From Longivirga aurantiaca (GTDB lineage Bacteria; Actinomycetota; Actinomycetes; S36-B12; CAIYMF01), in assembly GCF_042660085.1 (NCBI RefSeq), contig NZ_JBHSTI010000008.1, positions 1,599,876-1,631,875 on the forward strand: 32,000 nt of DNA, given 5' to 3'. Each line of letters opens with the position of its first letter. Position 1 is the first letter of the stretch. The translations under genes were made by a program, and so were the position numbers. The notes under the pieces were generated by a model. That model made no database searches. It was not told the origin of the DNA and was given only the letters and a program-made list of their open reading frames with translations. This document shows positions 8,500 to 18,746 of this stretch, piece after piece.

Positions 8500-10008
8500 T
8501 CAGGTGTTGAGGGCGCGCAGGAGGTCGCCAGCGGTGGGGCTCGCGTCGAGCAGCCCGCCCACGTGCGCGCGGGTGCCGCGCAGCGGCTCGAGGGTGGGCA
8601 CCCGCTGCAGGGACTCGCGCCCGGGCACGTCGAAGATGACGGAGTCCCACGACGCGGCGGCGATGTGGTCGGCGTACCGGCGCATGCACTCGCCGCGGAA
8701 CCATGCCCGGGTGTCGGCGGGCGGGCTGCCGATCGCAGCCTCCACCTCGGCGTCCGTGGTGATGCGCTCGAGGTTGCCGCGCAGCTGCAACCGCTGGGCG
8801 AGCCCCTTGTCGGGGCGGACGTCGCTGTACTGCAGGTCGACGAGGTGCAGGCGCGCGTGGTCCCAGTCGATGTGGTCGCGCGAGCGGTAGCCGTCGAGGA
8901 TCGCGAGCTTCGCCACCCAGTCGAGCTCGGACGCGAGGCTCCTCGGGTCGGTCTCGAGCCGGTCGAGCACCGACTCCCAGCGGTCGAGCACGTCGGCGGT
9001 CTGCGCGTCGACGTCCGAGCCCAGGGTGTTCTCGACGTGCTTGCGCGCCTGCTCGAGGAACTCGCGCTGCATCTGGACGGCCGTGATGCGCCGGCCAGAC
9101 CTCAGCGTGAGGAGGTGCGTCAGCGACGGGTCGTGCGACACACGGTGCATCTCGCGCACCGGGTCGTCGAGGACGCCGTCGATCTCCAGTGTCCCGGCCT
9201 CGAGCATCGCCAGCACGAGCGAGGTGGTGCCGAGCTTGAGGTACGTCGACACCTCGGCGAGGTTGGCGTCGCCCACGATCACGTGCAGTCGGCGGTACTT
9301 CTCCGGATCGGCGTGCGGCTCGTCCCGCGTGTTGATGATCGGTCGCTTCAGCGTGGTCTCCAGGCCGACCTCGACCTCGAAGAAGTCCGCGCGCTGCGAC
9401 AGCTGGAAGCCGTGGGTGCGCCCGTCCTGGCCCAGCCCGACGCGTCCCGCGCCCGTCACCACCTGCCGCGTCACGAAGAACGGCGTCAGGTGCCGCACGA
9501 TCTCCGCGAACGGCGTGGTGCGCGCCATGAGGTAGTTCTCGTGGGTGCCGTACGACGCGCCCTTGTTGTCGGTGTTGTTCTTGTAGAGGTTGACGGGATG
9601 GGCGCCCGGCAGGTTGCGGACGAGGTCGGTCGCGCGGGCCATGATCCGCTCCCCCGCCTTGTCCCAGATCACGCCGTCGCGCGGGTTGGTGACCTCGGGG
9701 CTGGAGTACTCCGGGTGCGCGTGGTCGACGTACAGCCGGCCGCCGTTCGTGAGGATGACGTTGGCCAGGCCGAGGTCGTCGTCGGTGAGCTGCGTGGGGT
9801 CGGCCTCGGCCCGTGTCATGTCGAAGCCGCGGGCGTCGCGGAGCGGGTGCTCCTCGTCGTAATCCCACCGGGCACGGGCCCCGCGCACGACCGACGCCGC
9901 GTACGACGTGACCACCTGGGTGCTCGTCATCATCGCGTTGACGTGCGGATGCCCTGGCACCGAGACGCCGTACTCGGTCTCGATGCCCATCACGCGATGG
10001 ACGCTCAC
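8500..10008 (-). CDS. dop: Pup deamidase/depupylase Dop
   Basis: 502 aa; [37 protein letters not shown]...GRLYVDHAHPEYSSPEVTNPRD...LYKNNTDNKGASYGTHENYLMAR; PafA paralogue with Dop-type features. Confidence 0.97.
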   Translation of the reverse strand: MSVHRVMGIETEYGVSVPGHPHVNAMMTSTQVVTSYAASVVRGARARWDYDEEHPLRDARGFDMTRAEADPTQLTDDDLGLANVILTNGGRLYVDHAHPEYSSPEVTNPRDGVIWDKAGERIMARATDLVRNLPGAHPVNLYKNNTDNKGASYGTHENYLMARTTPFAEIVRHLTPFFVTRQVVTGAGRVGLGQDGRTHGFQLSQRADFFEVEVGLETTLKRPIINTRDEPHADPEKYRRLHVIVGDANLAEVSTYLKLGTTSLVLAMLEAGTLEIDGVLDDPVREMHRVSHDPSLTHLLTLRSGRRITAVQMQREFLEQARKHVENTLGSDVDAQTADVLDRWESVLDRLETDPRSLASELDWVAKLAILDGYRSRDHIDWDHARLHLVDLQYSDVRPDKGLAQRLQLRGNLERITTDAEVEAAIGSPPADTRAWFRGECMRRYADHIAAASWDSVIFDVPGRESLQRVPTLEPLRGTRAHVGGLLDASPTAGDLLRALNT

Positions 10009-10017
10009 GGCACGGCC

Positions 10018-11664
10018 CTAGAGGTACTGACCGGTGTTGGCGACCGTGTCGATCGAGCGCCCTGCCTCGGTGCCCTGCTTGCCCTGGATGAGGGTGCGGA
10101 TGAAGACGATGCGCTCGCCCTTCTTGCCCGAGATCCGCGCCCAGTCGTCCGGGTTGGTGGTGTTCGGCAGGTCCTCGTTCTCGCGGAACTCGTCGAGGCA
10201 CGCCGACAGCATGTGCTGGACGCGGATGCCGCGCTGACCGGTCTCGAGGAGGTCCTTGATCGCCATCTTCTTGGCGCGCGCCACGATGTTCTCGATCATC
10301 GCGCCGCTGTTGAAGTCCTTGAAGTACAGGACCTCCTTGTCGCCGTTGGCGTAGGTGACCTCGAGGAAGCGGTTCTCCTCGGTCTCGGTGTACATCCGCT
10401 CGACCGCGCGCTGGATCATCCCCTGGCACGTGGCGACGCGGTCGCCGCCGTGCTCGGCGAGGTCCTCGGGGTGCAGCGGGAGGTCCGGCGTCAGGTACTT
10501 GCTGAAGATGTCGCTCGCTCCCTGGGCGTCCGGGCGCTCGATCTTGATCTTCACGTCGAGCCGGCCCGGCCGCAGGATGGCCGGGTCGATCATGTCCTCG
10601 CGGTTCGACGCGCCGATGACGATGACGTTCTCCAGGCTCTCGACGCCGTCGATCTCGCTGAGCAGCTGGGGGACGATCGTGTTCTCGACGTCGCTCGACA
10701 CACCGGTGCCGCGCGTGCGGAACAGCGAGTCCATCTCGTCGAAGAACACGATCACGGGCATGCCCTCGGACGCCTTCTCACGCGCCCGCTGGAACACGAG
10801 CCGGATGTGCCGCTCGGTCTCGCCGACGTACTTGTTGAGCAGCTCGGGGCCCTTGATGTTGAGGAAGAACGAGCGTCCCTGCTCCTTGCCCTCGACCTCG
10901 GCGACCTTCTTGGCGAGCGAGTTCGCGACCGCCTTGGCTATGAGGGTCTTCCCGCAGCCGGGCGGGCCGTACAGCAGGATCCCCTTCGGCGGCTTGAGCT
11001 TGTGCTCGCGGAAGAGATCGGCGTGCAGGTACGGCAGCTCGACGGCGTCGCGGATCTCCTCGATCTGCGCGGCGAGGCCGCCGATGTCGCCGTAGTCGAT
11101 GTCCGGGACCTCCTCGAGGACGAGCTCCTCGACCTCGGCCTTCGGGATCTTCTCGAAGACGTACTGCGACCGGGACTCGAGCAGCAGGGAGTCGCCGGCG
11201 CGCAGGTGGGTGCCCCGCAGCGGCTCGGCGAGGCGGACGACGCGCTCCTCGTCGGTGTGGCCGATCACGAGGGCGCGGACGCCGTCCTCGAGGATCTCCT
11301 TGAGCATGACGATCTCGCCGTGCCGCTCGTACTCACGGACGGCGACGACGTTGAGCGCCTCGTTGAGCTGGACCTCCTGGCCCGGGCGCAGGTCCTCGGT
11401 CTCGACGTCCGGGCTGCACACCACGCGCATCTTGCGGCCGGCCGTGAAGACGTCGACCGAGCCGTCGTCGAAGGCCTCGAGGAAGACGCCGTAGCCGTTG
11501 GGCGGCTCGGCGAGGCGGTCGACCTCCTCCTTGAGCGCCACGATCTGGTCGCGGGCGTCCTTGAGGGTCGAGACCAGGCGCTGGTTCTGCGCGGACGCCG
11601 CCGCCAGCTCGGCCTGGAGCTGGGACACGCGCGGATCCGGCGCGCGCTCGTCGGTGTACGTCAC
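10018..11664 (-). CDS. arc: Proteasome-associated AAA ATPase (Arc/Mpa)
   Basis: N-terminal coiled coil ([39 protein letters not shown]), Walker A GPPGCGKT, Walker [13 protein letters not shown]-terminal GQYL docking motif. GTG at 11664 has GGGAGG 8 nt upstream; an in-frame GTG at 11673 is the alternative. Confidence 0.97.
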   Translation of the reverse strand: MTYTDERAPDPRVSQLQAELAAASAQNQRLVSTLKDARDQIVALKEEVDRLAEPPNGYGVFLEAFDDGSVDVFTAGRKMRVVCSPDVETEDLRPGQEVQLNEALNVVAVREYERHGEIVMLKEILEDGVRALVIGHTDEERVVRLAEPLRGTHLRAGDSLLLESRSQYVFEKIPKAEVEELVLEEVPDIDYGDIGGLAAQIEEIRDAVELPYLHADLFREHKLKPPKGILLYGPPGCGKTLIAKAVANSLAKKVAEVEGKEQGRSFFLNIKGPELLNKYVGETERHIRLVFQRAREKASEGMPVIVFFDEMDSLFRTRGTGVSSDVENTIVPQLLSEIDGVESLENVIVIGASNREDMIDPAILRPGRLDVKIKIERPDAQGASDIFSKYLTPDLPLHPEDLAEHGGDRVATCQGMIQRAVERMYTETEENRFLEVTYANGDKEVLYFKDFNSGAMIENIVARAKKMAIKDLLETGQRGIRVQHMLSACLDEFRENEDLPNTTNPDDWARISGKKGERIVFIRTLIQGKQGTEAGRSIDTVANTGQYL

Positions 11665-11723
11665 GGTGCTCACCTCCCGTGCGTCCGCCCCGGTGGGGTC
11701 CACCGTGGCTGGGCCGTTTCTCG

Positions 11724-11729
11724 ACCCTA
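11724..11729 (-). promoter_or_regulatory. -10-like element upstream of the arc ATPase gene
   Basis: Minus-strand TAGGGT about 60 nt upstream of the start. Confidence 0.4.
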
Positions 11730-11849
11730 CCCACGTCGACCGGTTCTGCGCGCGCGCTGAGCCCCGCGACGCGCGTCGCAACGAAGACGTAACCGCCCGG
11801 AGCAGGCCGTCGCCGTCCGGATTCCGTCCCCGGAGGCCCCGCAGACGGG

Positions 11850-12764
11850 TCAGCCGGTGGGGAGCTCGTAGTCCTCGCCGTAGGCGCCCTTGGCGGGTCG
11901 GGTACGGCGCGGGGGCAGGACGGTGCCGTCGGCCAGGCGGCGCGAGCGGATGAGGAACCCGGTGTGGCCGTTCATCGAGTGGTCGGGGCGAACCGCCAGG
12001 CCCTCGAGGTGCCAGGTGCGCAGCAGCAACTCCTGCGCGTAGGGCTCGGTCCAGCGCCCGTCGGTCCGCAGCGTCTCGACCGTGCGCGACAGCTGGGTGG
12101 TCGTGGCGACGTACACCACGAGCACGCCCCCCGGCGCGAGCGCCTCGGCGGCCACCTCCACGCAGTCCCACGGCGCCAGCATGTCGAGCACGATCCGGTC
12201 GACCGCGGTGTCGAGGCCCTCAGCCATCCGGGCCCGCAGCGTCGGCACCAGGTCGCCGACCGTGAGCGACCATGCCGGGTGCTCCGACCCGAAGAAGGTC
12301 TCGACGTTGGCCCGCGCGACGTCCGCGAAGTCCTCGCGGCGCTCGTACGACGACAGCCCGCCCTGGTCGCCGACCGCCCGCAGCAGCGAGATCGACAGCG
12401 CGCCCGAGCCCACGCCCGCCTCGATCACCCGCGCGCCGGGATAGATGTCCGCGAGCCCGACGATCGCGGCGGCGTCCTTCGGGTAGACGATCGTGGCGCC
12501 GCGCGCCATCGACAGCACGAAGTCCGACAGCATCGGCCGCAGGGCGAGGTATGGCACCCCCTGGGTCGAGGTGACGATCACGCCCTCAGGGCCGCCGATG
12601 AGCGCGTCGTGCTTGATGGCGCCCTTGGCGGTGTGGAACTCCTTGCCCGCTCCGAGCGTGATGGTGTGCATCCGCTTCTTGGGATCGGTCAGCTGCACGC
12701 GCTCGCCCTCGCGCAGCGGTCCACGGCGGTGGTCTGCCCCGGTGGGGACACGGTCGGAGGTCAC
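11850..12764 (-). CDS. trmI: tRNA (adenine-58-N1)-methyltransferase
   Basis: From GTG at 12764: [37 protein letters not shown]...[11 protein letters not shown]-like region followed by [23 protein letters not shown] (SAM motif I) and [12 protein letters not shown]. Confidence 0.94.
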   Translation of the reverse strand: MTSDRVPTGADHRRGPLREGERVQLTDPKKRMHTITLGAGKEFHTAKGAIKHDALIGGPEGVIVTSTQGVPYLALRPMLSDFVLSMARGATIVYPKDAAAIVGLADIYPGARVIEAGVGSGALSISLLRAVGDQGGLSSYERREDFADVARANVETFFGSEHPAWSLTVGDLVPTLRARMAEGLDTAVDRIVLDMLAPWDCVEVAAEALAPGGVLVVYVATTTQLSRTVETLRTDGRWTEPYAQELLLRTWHLEGLAVRPDHSMNGHTGFLIRSRRLADGTVLPPRRTRPAKGAYGEDYELPTG

Positions 12765-12834
12765 GGTCGGCAAGGATAGGCGCGCGGTCGGCGTACGCCG
12801 TCGGCGCGTCCAGCGATCGAGCGTAGGAGCACGC

Positions 12835-13224
12835 ATGGCAGGCGCGGGGCCGGACGTCGGGACGTTCCTCGCCGCATCCGGGCATGCCCGGCTCGAGGAG
12901 GTCCTCACCCTCCGGGAGGCCCTGCACGCCGGCATCCCAGGGCTCGACGAGCGCATCAAGTGGAACGCGCCCAGCCTCGGCCCGGACGGAACAGACCGGA
13001 TCACGTTCCGGCTGCAGCCCGGCGACCGTGTCGAGCTCGTCCTGCACCGCGGCACGTCCGTGCGCTCCATGGACGGCTTCGCCTTCGACGACGCCGACGG
13101 CCTCATCGCCTGGGCCGCGCCCGACCGTGGCGTCGTCGTGGTGCGCGATTCCGCCGACCTGGAGGCGCGGCTCCCCCAGATCGTCGACACCTGCCGACGC
13201 TGGGTCGAGGCGACCCGCGACTGA
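12835..13224 (+). CDS. DUF1801-like domain protein
   Basis: MAGAGPDVGTFLAASGHARLEEVLTLREALHAGIPGLDERIKWNAPSL...; AGGAG upstream of ATG. Confidence 0.75.
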   Translation: MAGAGPDVGTFLAASGHARLEEVLTLREALHAGIPGLDERIKWNAPSLGPDGTDRITFRLQPGDRVELVLHRGTSVRSMDGFAFDDADGLIAWAAPDRGVVVVRDSADLEARLPQIVDTCRRWVEATRD

Positions 13225-13230
13225 CCGCGC

Positions 13231-14370
13231 TCAGACCCCGAGGGCCTTCTCGACGTCCTTCGTGGTGAGGATCCCGACGACCGTCCCCGTGTCGTCGTGG
13301 ACGGCGTAGTCGGTGGCGGGCACGTCCTGCATGGCGCGCAGGAGGGGATCGCCGGCGAGGGCGATGTGCAGCCTGGCCCCGGGGTCGAGCGTGGTCGACA
13401 CCGACGACACCGGCACCCAGGGGCGGCGCTCCACCGGCACCGCGGCGACGGCGTCCTCCTGGGCCACCGCCACGACGGTGCCGCTGCTGTCGCTGACGGC
13501 GATCGCGCGCGCTCCGGTGGCCTCGAGCCGCCTCAGCGCCTCGGCGAGCGGGAGGTCGTGCGGCACGACGACCGCGGGGCGGACGAGCCCGCGGGCCTCG
13601 AGCGCGGGCACCCGGGACATGAGCCGGGCGCGCTTCAGCGCGTCGGACGCACCCGCGTAGAGGTAGGCGCCGATCATCCCGGCGAAGACGATGCTGACGA
13701 GGTCGGGACGGCCGCCGAAGCGCCAGGCCAGGAGGAAGGGCAGCAGGAACACGAAGACGGCCACGGCCCGGCCCGCCCAGGCCGCCACGATCGTCCCGCG
13801 GTTCTCGTCCTTGGTGATGCCCCAGACGATGCTCCGGAGGACGCCGCCGCCGTCCAGCGGGAGGCCGGGGAGCGCGTTCCAGATCCCGAGGACGATGTTG
13901 GCGTAGCCCAGCAGCGCGGCCACGCTCGCGAGGGTCGAGTCCCCCGAGAGCGGGCTCCTCGCGAACCACAGCCAGGCGAGCCCGATGAGCACCGACGAGA
14001 TCGGGCCGGAGGCCGCGATCACCGCCTCGCGCCAGGCGGAGGCGATCCGGCGCTCGTACGACGTCCAGCCGCCGAAGAACCACAGGGTGATCTGGTGCAC
14101 CGGGAAGCCGAAGGCCCGGGCCGACCAGGCGTGGGCGAGCTCGTGCCCCAGGATCGACAGGTAGAACAGCACGGCGAACACGAGCGACCAGAGCACGACC
14201 TGCCCGAGGTCCGAGCGGTCGATCCGCAGGTTGTCGTTGTAGAGGTACGCGATGAGCGCGACGCCGAGGAGGCTGCTCCAGGGCAGCGAGACGGGGATCC
14301 CGCCCAGGCGGAAGGTCAGGCCGCTGCCACCGCGTGCGGGGGTCGGTGCCGCCTCCTGCTCGTTGCTCAC
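13231..14370 (-). CDS. Site-2 protease family (M50) metalloprotease with C-terminal CBS domains
   Basis: 379 aa; SILGHELAHAWSARAFGFPV (HExxH), NALPGLPLDGGGVLRS, multiple TM segments, two CBS-like repeats at the C-terminus. Confidence 0.94.
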   Translation of the reverse strand: MSNEQEAAPTPARGGSGLTFRLGGIPVSLPWSSLLGVALIAYLYNDNLRIDRSDLGQVVLWSLVFAVLFYLSILGHELAHAWSARAFGFPVHQITLWFFGGWTSYERRIASAWREAVIAASGPISSVLIGLAWLWFARSPLSGDSTLASVAALLGYANIVLGIWNALPGLPLDGGGVLRSIVWGITKDENRGTIVAAWAGRAVAVFVFLLPFLLAWRFGGRPDLVSIVFAGMIGAYLYAGASDALKRARLMSRVPALEARGLVRPAVVVPHDLPLAEALRRLEATGARAIAVSDSSGTVVAVAQEDAVAAVPVERRPWVPVSSVSTTLDPGARLHIALAGDPLLRAMQDVPATDYAVHDDTGTVVGILTTKDVEKALGV

Positions 14371-14376
14371 CCGCCC

Positions 14377-14382
14377 ACCGTA
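14377..14382 (-). promoter_or_regulatory. -10-like element of a probable leaderless promoter for the M50 protease
   Basis: Minus strand TACGGT-GGGCGG-GTG: 6-nt spacer. Confidence 0.45.
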
Positions 14383-14468
14383 AGCGGCGCACCGCGGCGG
14401 GGCCTCCTCACGCCCCCGCGCTGCGGCGCGTCGGGCGCACCTCCGCCTCCGACGTCGGACCCGGCGCC

Positions 14469-14474
14469 TACTGT
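14469..14474 (+). promoter_or_regulatory. -10-like element of a probable leaderless promoter for the RecB-like nuclease
   Basis: TACTGT-CGGGGC-ATG: 6-nt spacer. Confidence 0.45.
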
Positions 14475-14480
14475 CGGGGC

Positions 14481-15371
14481 ATGAGCACGAGCCCGTCCGA
14501 CTCCCCCGCGCCGCTGGCGGCCGACCCCGCCGCGGTGTGGGAGGACACCGCCGCCCCGCGCACGTCGTCGCTGTCGCCGTCGCGGGCGGGCGACTTCATG
14601 ACCTGCCCCCTGCTCTACCGGTTCCGGGTCATCGACCGGCTCCCGCAGAAGCCGAGCCGGGAGGCCGTCCGCGGCACGGTGGTGCACCAGGTGCTCGAGG
14701 ACCTCTTCGACCTCCCGCCCGAGCAGCGCACCCTCGACCGGGCCGCGTCGATGCTGCCGGCGGCGTGGGACGTCGTGCGCGAGCAGGACGAGGCCGCGGC
14801 CACCCAGCTGTTCGAGAGCGCGGACGAGGCCGAGGAGTGGCTCGCCTCGGCCGTCCCGCTGCTCGAGAGCTACTTCCGCCTCGAGGACCCGTCGCGCCTC
14901 GAGCCGGCCGAGCGCGAGCTCCGGGTCGAGACCACGCTCGACGACGGCCTGGTGCTGCGCGGGTTCGTCGACCGGCTCGACCGCAACGCCACCGGCGACA
15001 CCCGGGTGGTCGACTACAAGACCGGCAAGTCGCCGGGCGAGGGGTACGAGCAGAAGGCGCTGTTCCAGATGCGCTTCTACGCGCTGGTGCTCTGGCGCGC
15101 CACGGGCACTGTCCCCCGGCTGCTCCAGCTGCTCTACCTCGGCAACGAGCAGATCCTGCGGTACGAGCCGGACGAGGCCGACCTGCTGGCCACCGAGCGC
15201 AAGATCAAGGCGCTCTGGCGGGCGATCCAGCAGGCCCAGGAGAGCGGCGACTGGCGACCGAGCCCGTCGCGGCTGTGCGACTGGTGCGACCACCAGGCGC
15301 TCTGCCCGGCGTTCGGCGGCACTCCCCCGCCGCTGCCCACGCTCCCGGTGCCTCCCGTCCCGACCGCCTGA
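14481..15371 (+). CDS. RecB family exonuclease-like protein (PD-(D/E)XK nuclease with Fe-S-type Cys cluster)
   Basis: LSPSRAGDFMTCPLLYRFRVIDRLP...AVRGTVVHQVLEDLF...GFVDRLDR...RVVDYKTGK...CDWCDHQALCPAF; the track's start at 14334 is upstream of the likely ATG. Confidence 0.92.
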   Translation: MSTSPSDSPAPLAADPAAVWEDTAAPRTSSLSPSRAGDFMTCPLLYRFRVIDRLPQKPSREAVRGTVVHQVLEDLFDLPPEQRTLDRAASMLPAAWDVVREQDEAAATQLFESADEAEEWLASAVPLLESYFRLEDPSRLEPAERELRVETTLDDGLVLRGFVDRLDRNATGDTRVVDYKTGKSPGEGYEQKALFQMRFYALVLWRATGTVPRLLQLLYLGNEQILRYEPDEADLLATERKIKALWRAIQQAQESGDWRPSPSRLCDWCDHQALCPAFGGTPPPLPTLPVPPVPTA

Positions 15372-15420
15372 CCGCTCGCGGCCTGTGGACGTCGGCGGCG
15401 CGGTGAGCCGGTCCTCGGGC

Positions 15421-15426
15421 TAGCGT
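15421..15426 (+). promoter_or_regulatory. -10-like element of a probable leaderless promoter for the ABC transporter operon
   Basis: TAGCGT-GACCAC-GTG: 6-nt spacer. Confidence 0.4.
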
Positions 15427-15432
15427 GACCAC

Positions 15433-16176
15433 GTGCCCACGACGACTGCCGCTGCCCGCGCGACCGCCCTGTCCAAGATCTACGGCTCGGGCGACACCCA
15501 GGTCACCGCGCTCGACGCCGTCGACGTCGACATCGAGGCGGGCCGCTTCACCGCGATCATGGGCCCGTCGGGATCAGGCAAGAGCACCCTCATGCACTGC
15601 CTCGCCGGCCTCGACTCGATCAGCGCGGGCCAGGTCTGGATCGGCGAGACCGAGGTGTCCGGCCTCTCGGACAAGGCGCTCACCCAGCTGCGCCGCGACT
15701 CCGTCGGCTTCGTGTTCCAGGCCTTCAACCTGATCCCCACCCTGACGGCGCTCGAGAACATCACGCTCCCCCTCGACATCGCCGGCCGCAAGCCCGACCA
15801 GCAGTGGCTCGACACCGTGATCGACACGGTCGGCCTCCGCGACCGCCTCACCCACCGGCCGAGCGAGCTGTCGGGCGGCCAGCAGCAGCGCGTCGCCTGC
15901 GCCCGTGCGCTCGCGAGCCGGCCGACGATCGTGTTCGCCGACGAGCCGACCGGCAACCTCGACTCGCGCTCGGGTGCCGAGGTGCTCGGCTTCCTGCGGC
16001 GCAGCGTCGACGAGTTCGGCCAGACGATCGTCATGGTCACCCACGACCCCGGTGCGGCGTCGTACGCCGACCGGGTGCTCTTCCTGGCCGACGGCCGGAT
16101 CGTCGACGAGATGGCCGACCCCTCCGCAGACCGCGTCCTCGAGCGGATGAAGGCCTTCGAGCAGGCGCGAGGCTGA
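15433..16176 (+). CDS. ABC transporter ATP-binding protein (MacB/LolD type)
   Basis: Walker A GPSGSGKS, signature LSGGQQQRVACARAL, Walker B IVFADEPTGNLDS. Confidence 0.96.
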   Translation: MPTTTAAARATALSKIYGSGDTQVTALDAVDVDIEAGRFTAIMGPSGSGKSTLMHCLAGLDSISAGQVWIGETEVSGLSDKALTQLRRDSVGFVFQAFNLIPTLTALENITLPLDIAGRKPDQQWLDTVIDTVGLRDRLTHRPSELSGGQQQRVACARALASRPTIVFADEPTGNLDSRSGAEVLGFLRRSVDEFGQTIVMVTHDPGAASYADRVLFLADGRIVDEMADPSADRVLERMKAFEQARG

Positions 16177-16180
16177 CGAC

Positions 16181-18733
16181 GTGCTGCGCGCCGCTCTCCG
16201 GTCCCTCCTGCAGCACAAGCTGCGGCTCTCGCTCACGCTGCTCGCCGTCGTCGTCGGCGTCGCGTTCGTGGCGGGCACCTACATCTTCACCGACTCCCTC
16301 AAGCGCTCCTTCGACGCGCTGTTCGACGCCCCGCAGCCCGACGTCGCCATCTCGGTCGACACCGGTGCGCAGACTGGCGGCCCCGGCGGCGGACCCGGCG
16401 GCCTCGACCAGGCGCCGACGATGCCGGGCTCGCTCGTGGACACCGTCGCCGGCGTCGACGGCGTGGCCGCGGCCTACGGCATCGTCTCGTCGGACGGCGC
16501 CCTCGTGATCGGCTCGGACGGGAAGGTCGTCGGCGAGAACGGCCCGCCGGCCCGGGGCACGACCTTCGTCGACGACCCCGCCATCTCCCCCCTGTCGATC
16601 GCATCGGGCCGGGCTCCCAACGGGCCGACCGAGGTCGCGCTGCTCGAGTCCACCGCCACGGCCGGCAAGGTCGGCATCGGCGACACGGTGAAGATCGACA
16701 CGCCCGCGGGGGGCCTCGTCGACCTGACGGTGGTCGGCATCGTGACCCGCGGCATCTCCGGCAGCGACGGCAGCACCCTCGCCGTGTTCGACCTGCCCAC
16801 CGCGCAGAAGCTGATGACCGGCAAGCCCGATCAGGTCACGAGCATCGCGGTGCGCGCCGAGCCCGGCGTCTCCCAGGATTCGCTCGCAGCCAGCATCGGC
16901 AAGGTCCTGCCCGAGGGCACGCGGACCCAGACCGGCGCCGAGCGCAGCGCCGACATCGCCGAACGGCTGTCCGAGGCCTTCCAGTTCATCAACACGTTCC
17001 TGCTCGCCTTCGCGTTCATCGCGCTCTTCGTCGCCGTGTTCCTTATCTTCAACACGTTCTCGATGCTGGTCGCCCAGCGCACGCGCGAGCTCGCGCTGCT
17101 GCGCGCGGTGGGCGCGAGCCGCGGCCAGGTGCGGCGCTCGGTCCTCGCGGAGGCTGGGGTGCTCGGTCTCCTCGCGGCGGTGCTCGGAGTGCTCGGCGGC
17201 ATCCTCGTCAGCCAGGGTCTTCGGCTCCTGCTCAAGGGGTTCGGCGCCGACCTGCCCTCCGGGCCGCTGGTCATCGAGCCGCGCACCATCGTCGTGTCGC
17301 TCGTGGTCGGCCTCGTGGTCACCCTGATCTCGGCGTACGTCCCCGCCCGGCGGGCGGGCATCGTGCCGCCGGTCGCGGCGATGCGCGACGAGATCGCGCT
17401 TCCCGTGCGATCGCTGCGCGTGCGCACCGCGATCGGAGCAGTTCTGCTCGCAGCATCCGCGCTCACGGCGTATCTGGGTCTGCGCGACACAGCCGACGGC
17501 GAGCGCGCCGCCAGCCTCGTGGGCGTCTCCGCCCTGTGCGGCCTCGTGGCGGTCATCGCGCTCGCGCCGATGATCGGCCGCGCGGTGCTGGTGGTGCTCG
17601 CCGCGCCGTTCTCCGGCACCACGATCGGACGGCTCGCCCGCGAGAACGGTCGGCGCAACCCTCGGCGCACCGCGGCAACCGCGAGCGCGCTCGCGATCGG
17701 TCTCGCCCTCATGAGCGCCATCGGCGTGATCGCGGCGTCGACGAAGGCGTCGGTGTCCGCCGTCATCGACGACACCATCGGCGCCGACTTCGTGGTGTTC
17801 GGCGTGAAGTTCCAGCCGTTCTCGCCCGACGTGTACGACGCCGTCAAGGACACGCCGGGCACACGCACGGTCACCTACGTGCGCCAGGTGCCGATCGAGG
17901 TCGAGGGCGACCGCACCGCCCTCACCGGTGTCGACCTCGAGAAGTTCACCGACGTCGTCGACCTCACCATGCAGAGCGGGAGCGAGATCCCGTCGCTCGG
18001 GCTCGGGCAGGCGATCGTCGATGACGTGACTGCGGCGGACCTGGGGCTGAAGGTCGGCGACTCCATCGCCGCCACCTTCGTCAACGGCGATTCCGAGCTC
18101 ACCCTGCGCGGCATCTACACAGCGGCCGGCCCCTACCAGGGCTGGATCACGGGTCTTGCCACCCTCGCCTCGATCGGCGCCCGCGAGCTCGACAGCGCGG
18201 TCTACATCCGGGCCGACGACGACGCCGACCTCGAGGAGGTCCGCACCACGCTCGACAGCGAGCTCGAGGCGTTCCCCACCGTCGCACTGCAGGACCAGGC
18301 GAGCCTCAAGGACCAGATCGACAGCCAGTTCGACCGCGTCTTCGGCTTCATCTACGCCCTGCTCGCGCTGGCGGTGATCGTCGCGTTCATCGGCATCGTC
18401 AACACCCTCGCCCTGTCCGTGCACGAGCGGCGGCGCGAGATAGGCCTGCTGCGGGCCGTCGGCACGTCACGCCCCCAGGTGCGCCGCATGGTCGTCCTCG
18501 AGGCGGTGATGATCTCGGTGTTCGGCGCGGCCCTCGGCGTCGTCCTCGGTGTCGTGTACGGCTCGCTGCTGCAGCGCGTGCTCGAGCCGCAGGGCGTCAC
18601 CGAGCTCGCGATCCCCGGCGGCCAGATCGGCTGGTTCCTCGCGCTCGCCGTGGTGGGCGGGTTCGTGGCGGCGCTGTGGCCGGCGGTCACCGCGAGCCGC
18701 CTCGACGTGCTGCGCGCCATCGCCACCGAGTAG
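16181..18733 (+). CDS. ABC transporter permease with two FtsX-like domains
   Basis: 850 aa; periplasmic MacB-like segment, IFNTFSMLVAQRTRELALLRAVGASRGQVRRSV and IVNTLALSVHERRREIGLLRAVGTSRPQVRRMVVLEAV; 4 nt after the ATPase stop. Confidence 0.95.
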   Translation: MLRAALRSLLQHKLRLSLTLLAVVVGVAFVAGTYIFTDSLKRSFDALFDAPQPDVAISVDTGAQTGGPGGGPGGLDQAPTMPGSLVDTVAGVDGVAAAYGIVSSDGALVIGSDGKVVGENGPPARGTTFVDDPAISPLSIASGRAPNGPTEVALLESTATAGKVGIGDTVKIDTPAGGLVDLTVVGIVTRGISGSDGSTLAVFDLPTAQKLMTGKPDQVTSIAVRAEPGVSQDSLAASIGKVLPEGTRTQTGAERSADIAERLSEAFQFINTFLLAFAFIALFVAVFLIFNTFSMLVAQRTRELALLRAVGASRGQVRRSVLAEAGVLGLLAAVLGVLGGILVSQGLRLLLKGFGADLPSGPLVIEPRTIVVSLVVGLVVTLISAYVPARRAGIVPPVAAMRDEIALPVRSLRVRTAIGAVLLAASALTAYLGLRDTADGERAASLVGVSALCGLVAVIALAPMIGRAVLVVLAAPFSGTTIGRLARENGRRNPRRTAATASALAIGLALMSAIGVIAASTKASVSAVIDDTIGADFVVFGVKFQPFSPDVYDAVKDTPGTRTVTYVRQVPIEVEGDRTALTGVDLEKFTDVVDLTMQSGSEIPSLGLGQAIVDDVTAADLGLKVGDSIAATFVNGDSELTLRGIYTAAGPYQGWITGLATLASIGARELDSAVYIRADDDADLEEVRTTLDSELEAFPTVALQDQASLKDQIDSQFDRVFGFIYALLALAVIVAFIGIVNTLALSVHERRREIGLLRAVGTSRPQVRRMVVLEAVMISVFGAALGVVLGVVYGSLLQRVLEPQGVTELAIPGGQIGWFLALAVVGGFVAALWPAVTASRLDVLRAIATE

Positions 18734-18746
18734 CCGCGGCCGGGTG

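Noticed and set aside
8120-10429. 769-aa ORF ending in Pup
   Set aside because: Only the last 71 codons are Pup, with its own ATG and GGAGG; the rest is dop read out of frame.
8563-11760. 1065-aa plus-strand ORF antisense to dop and arc
   Set aside because: High-GC antisense artefact; the minus strand encodes unmistakable Dop and AAA ATPase proteins.
11766-11779. Perfect 14-bp palindrome GCGACGCGCGTCGC upstream of the arc -10 element
   Set aside because: In DNA this GC-rich, several 14-bp palindromes are expected by chance in 32 kb. Without conservation data it is not a supportable operator.
16037-18424. 795-aa minus-strand ORF antisense to the FtsX-like permease
   Set aside because: Antisense mirror of a clear membrane protein; His/Asp/Arg-rich low-complexity translation with no recognisable motif.
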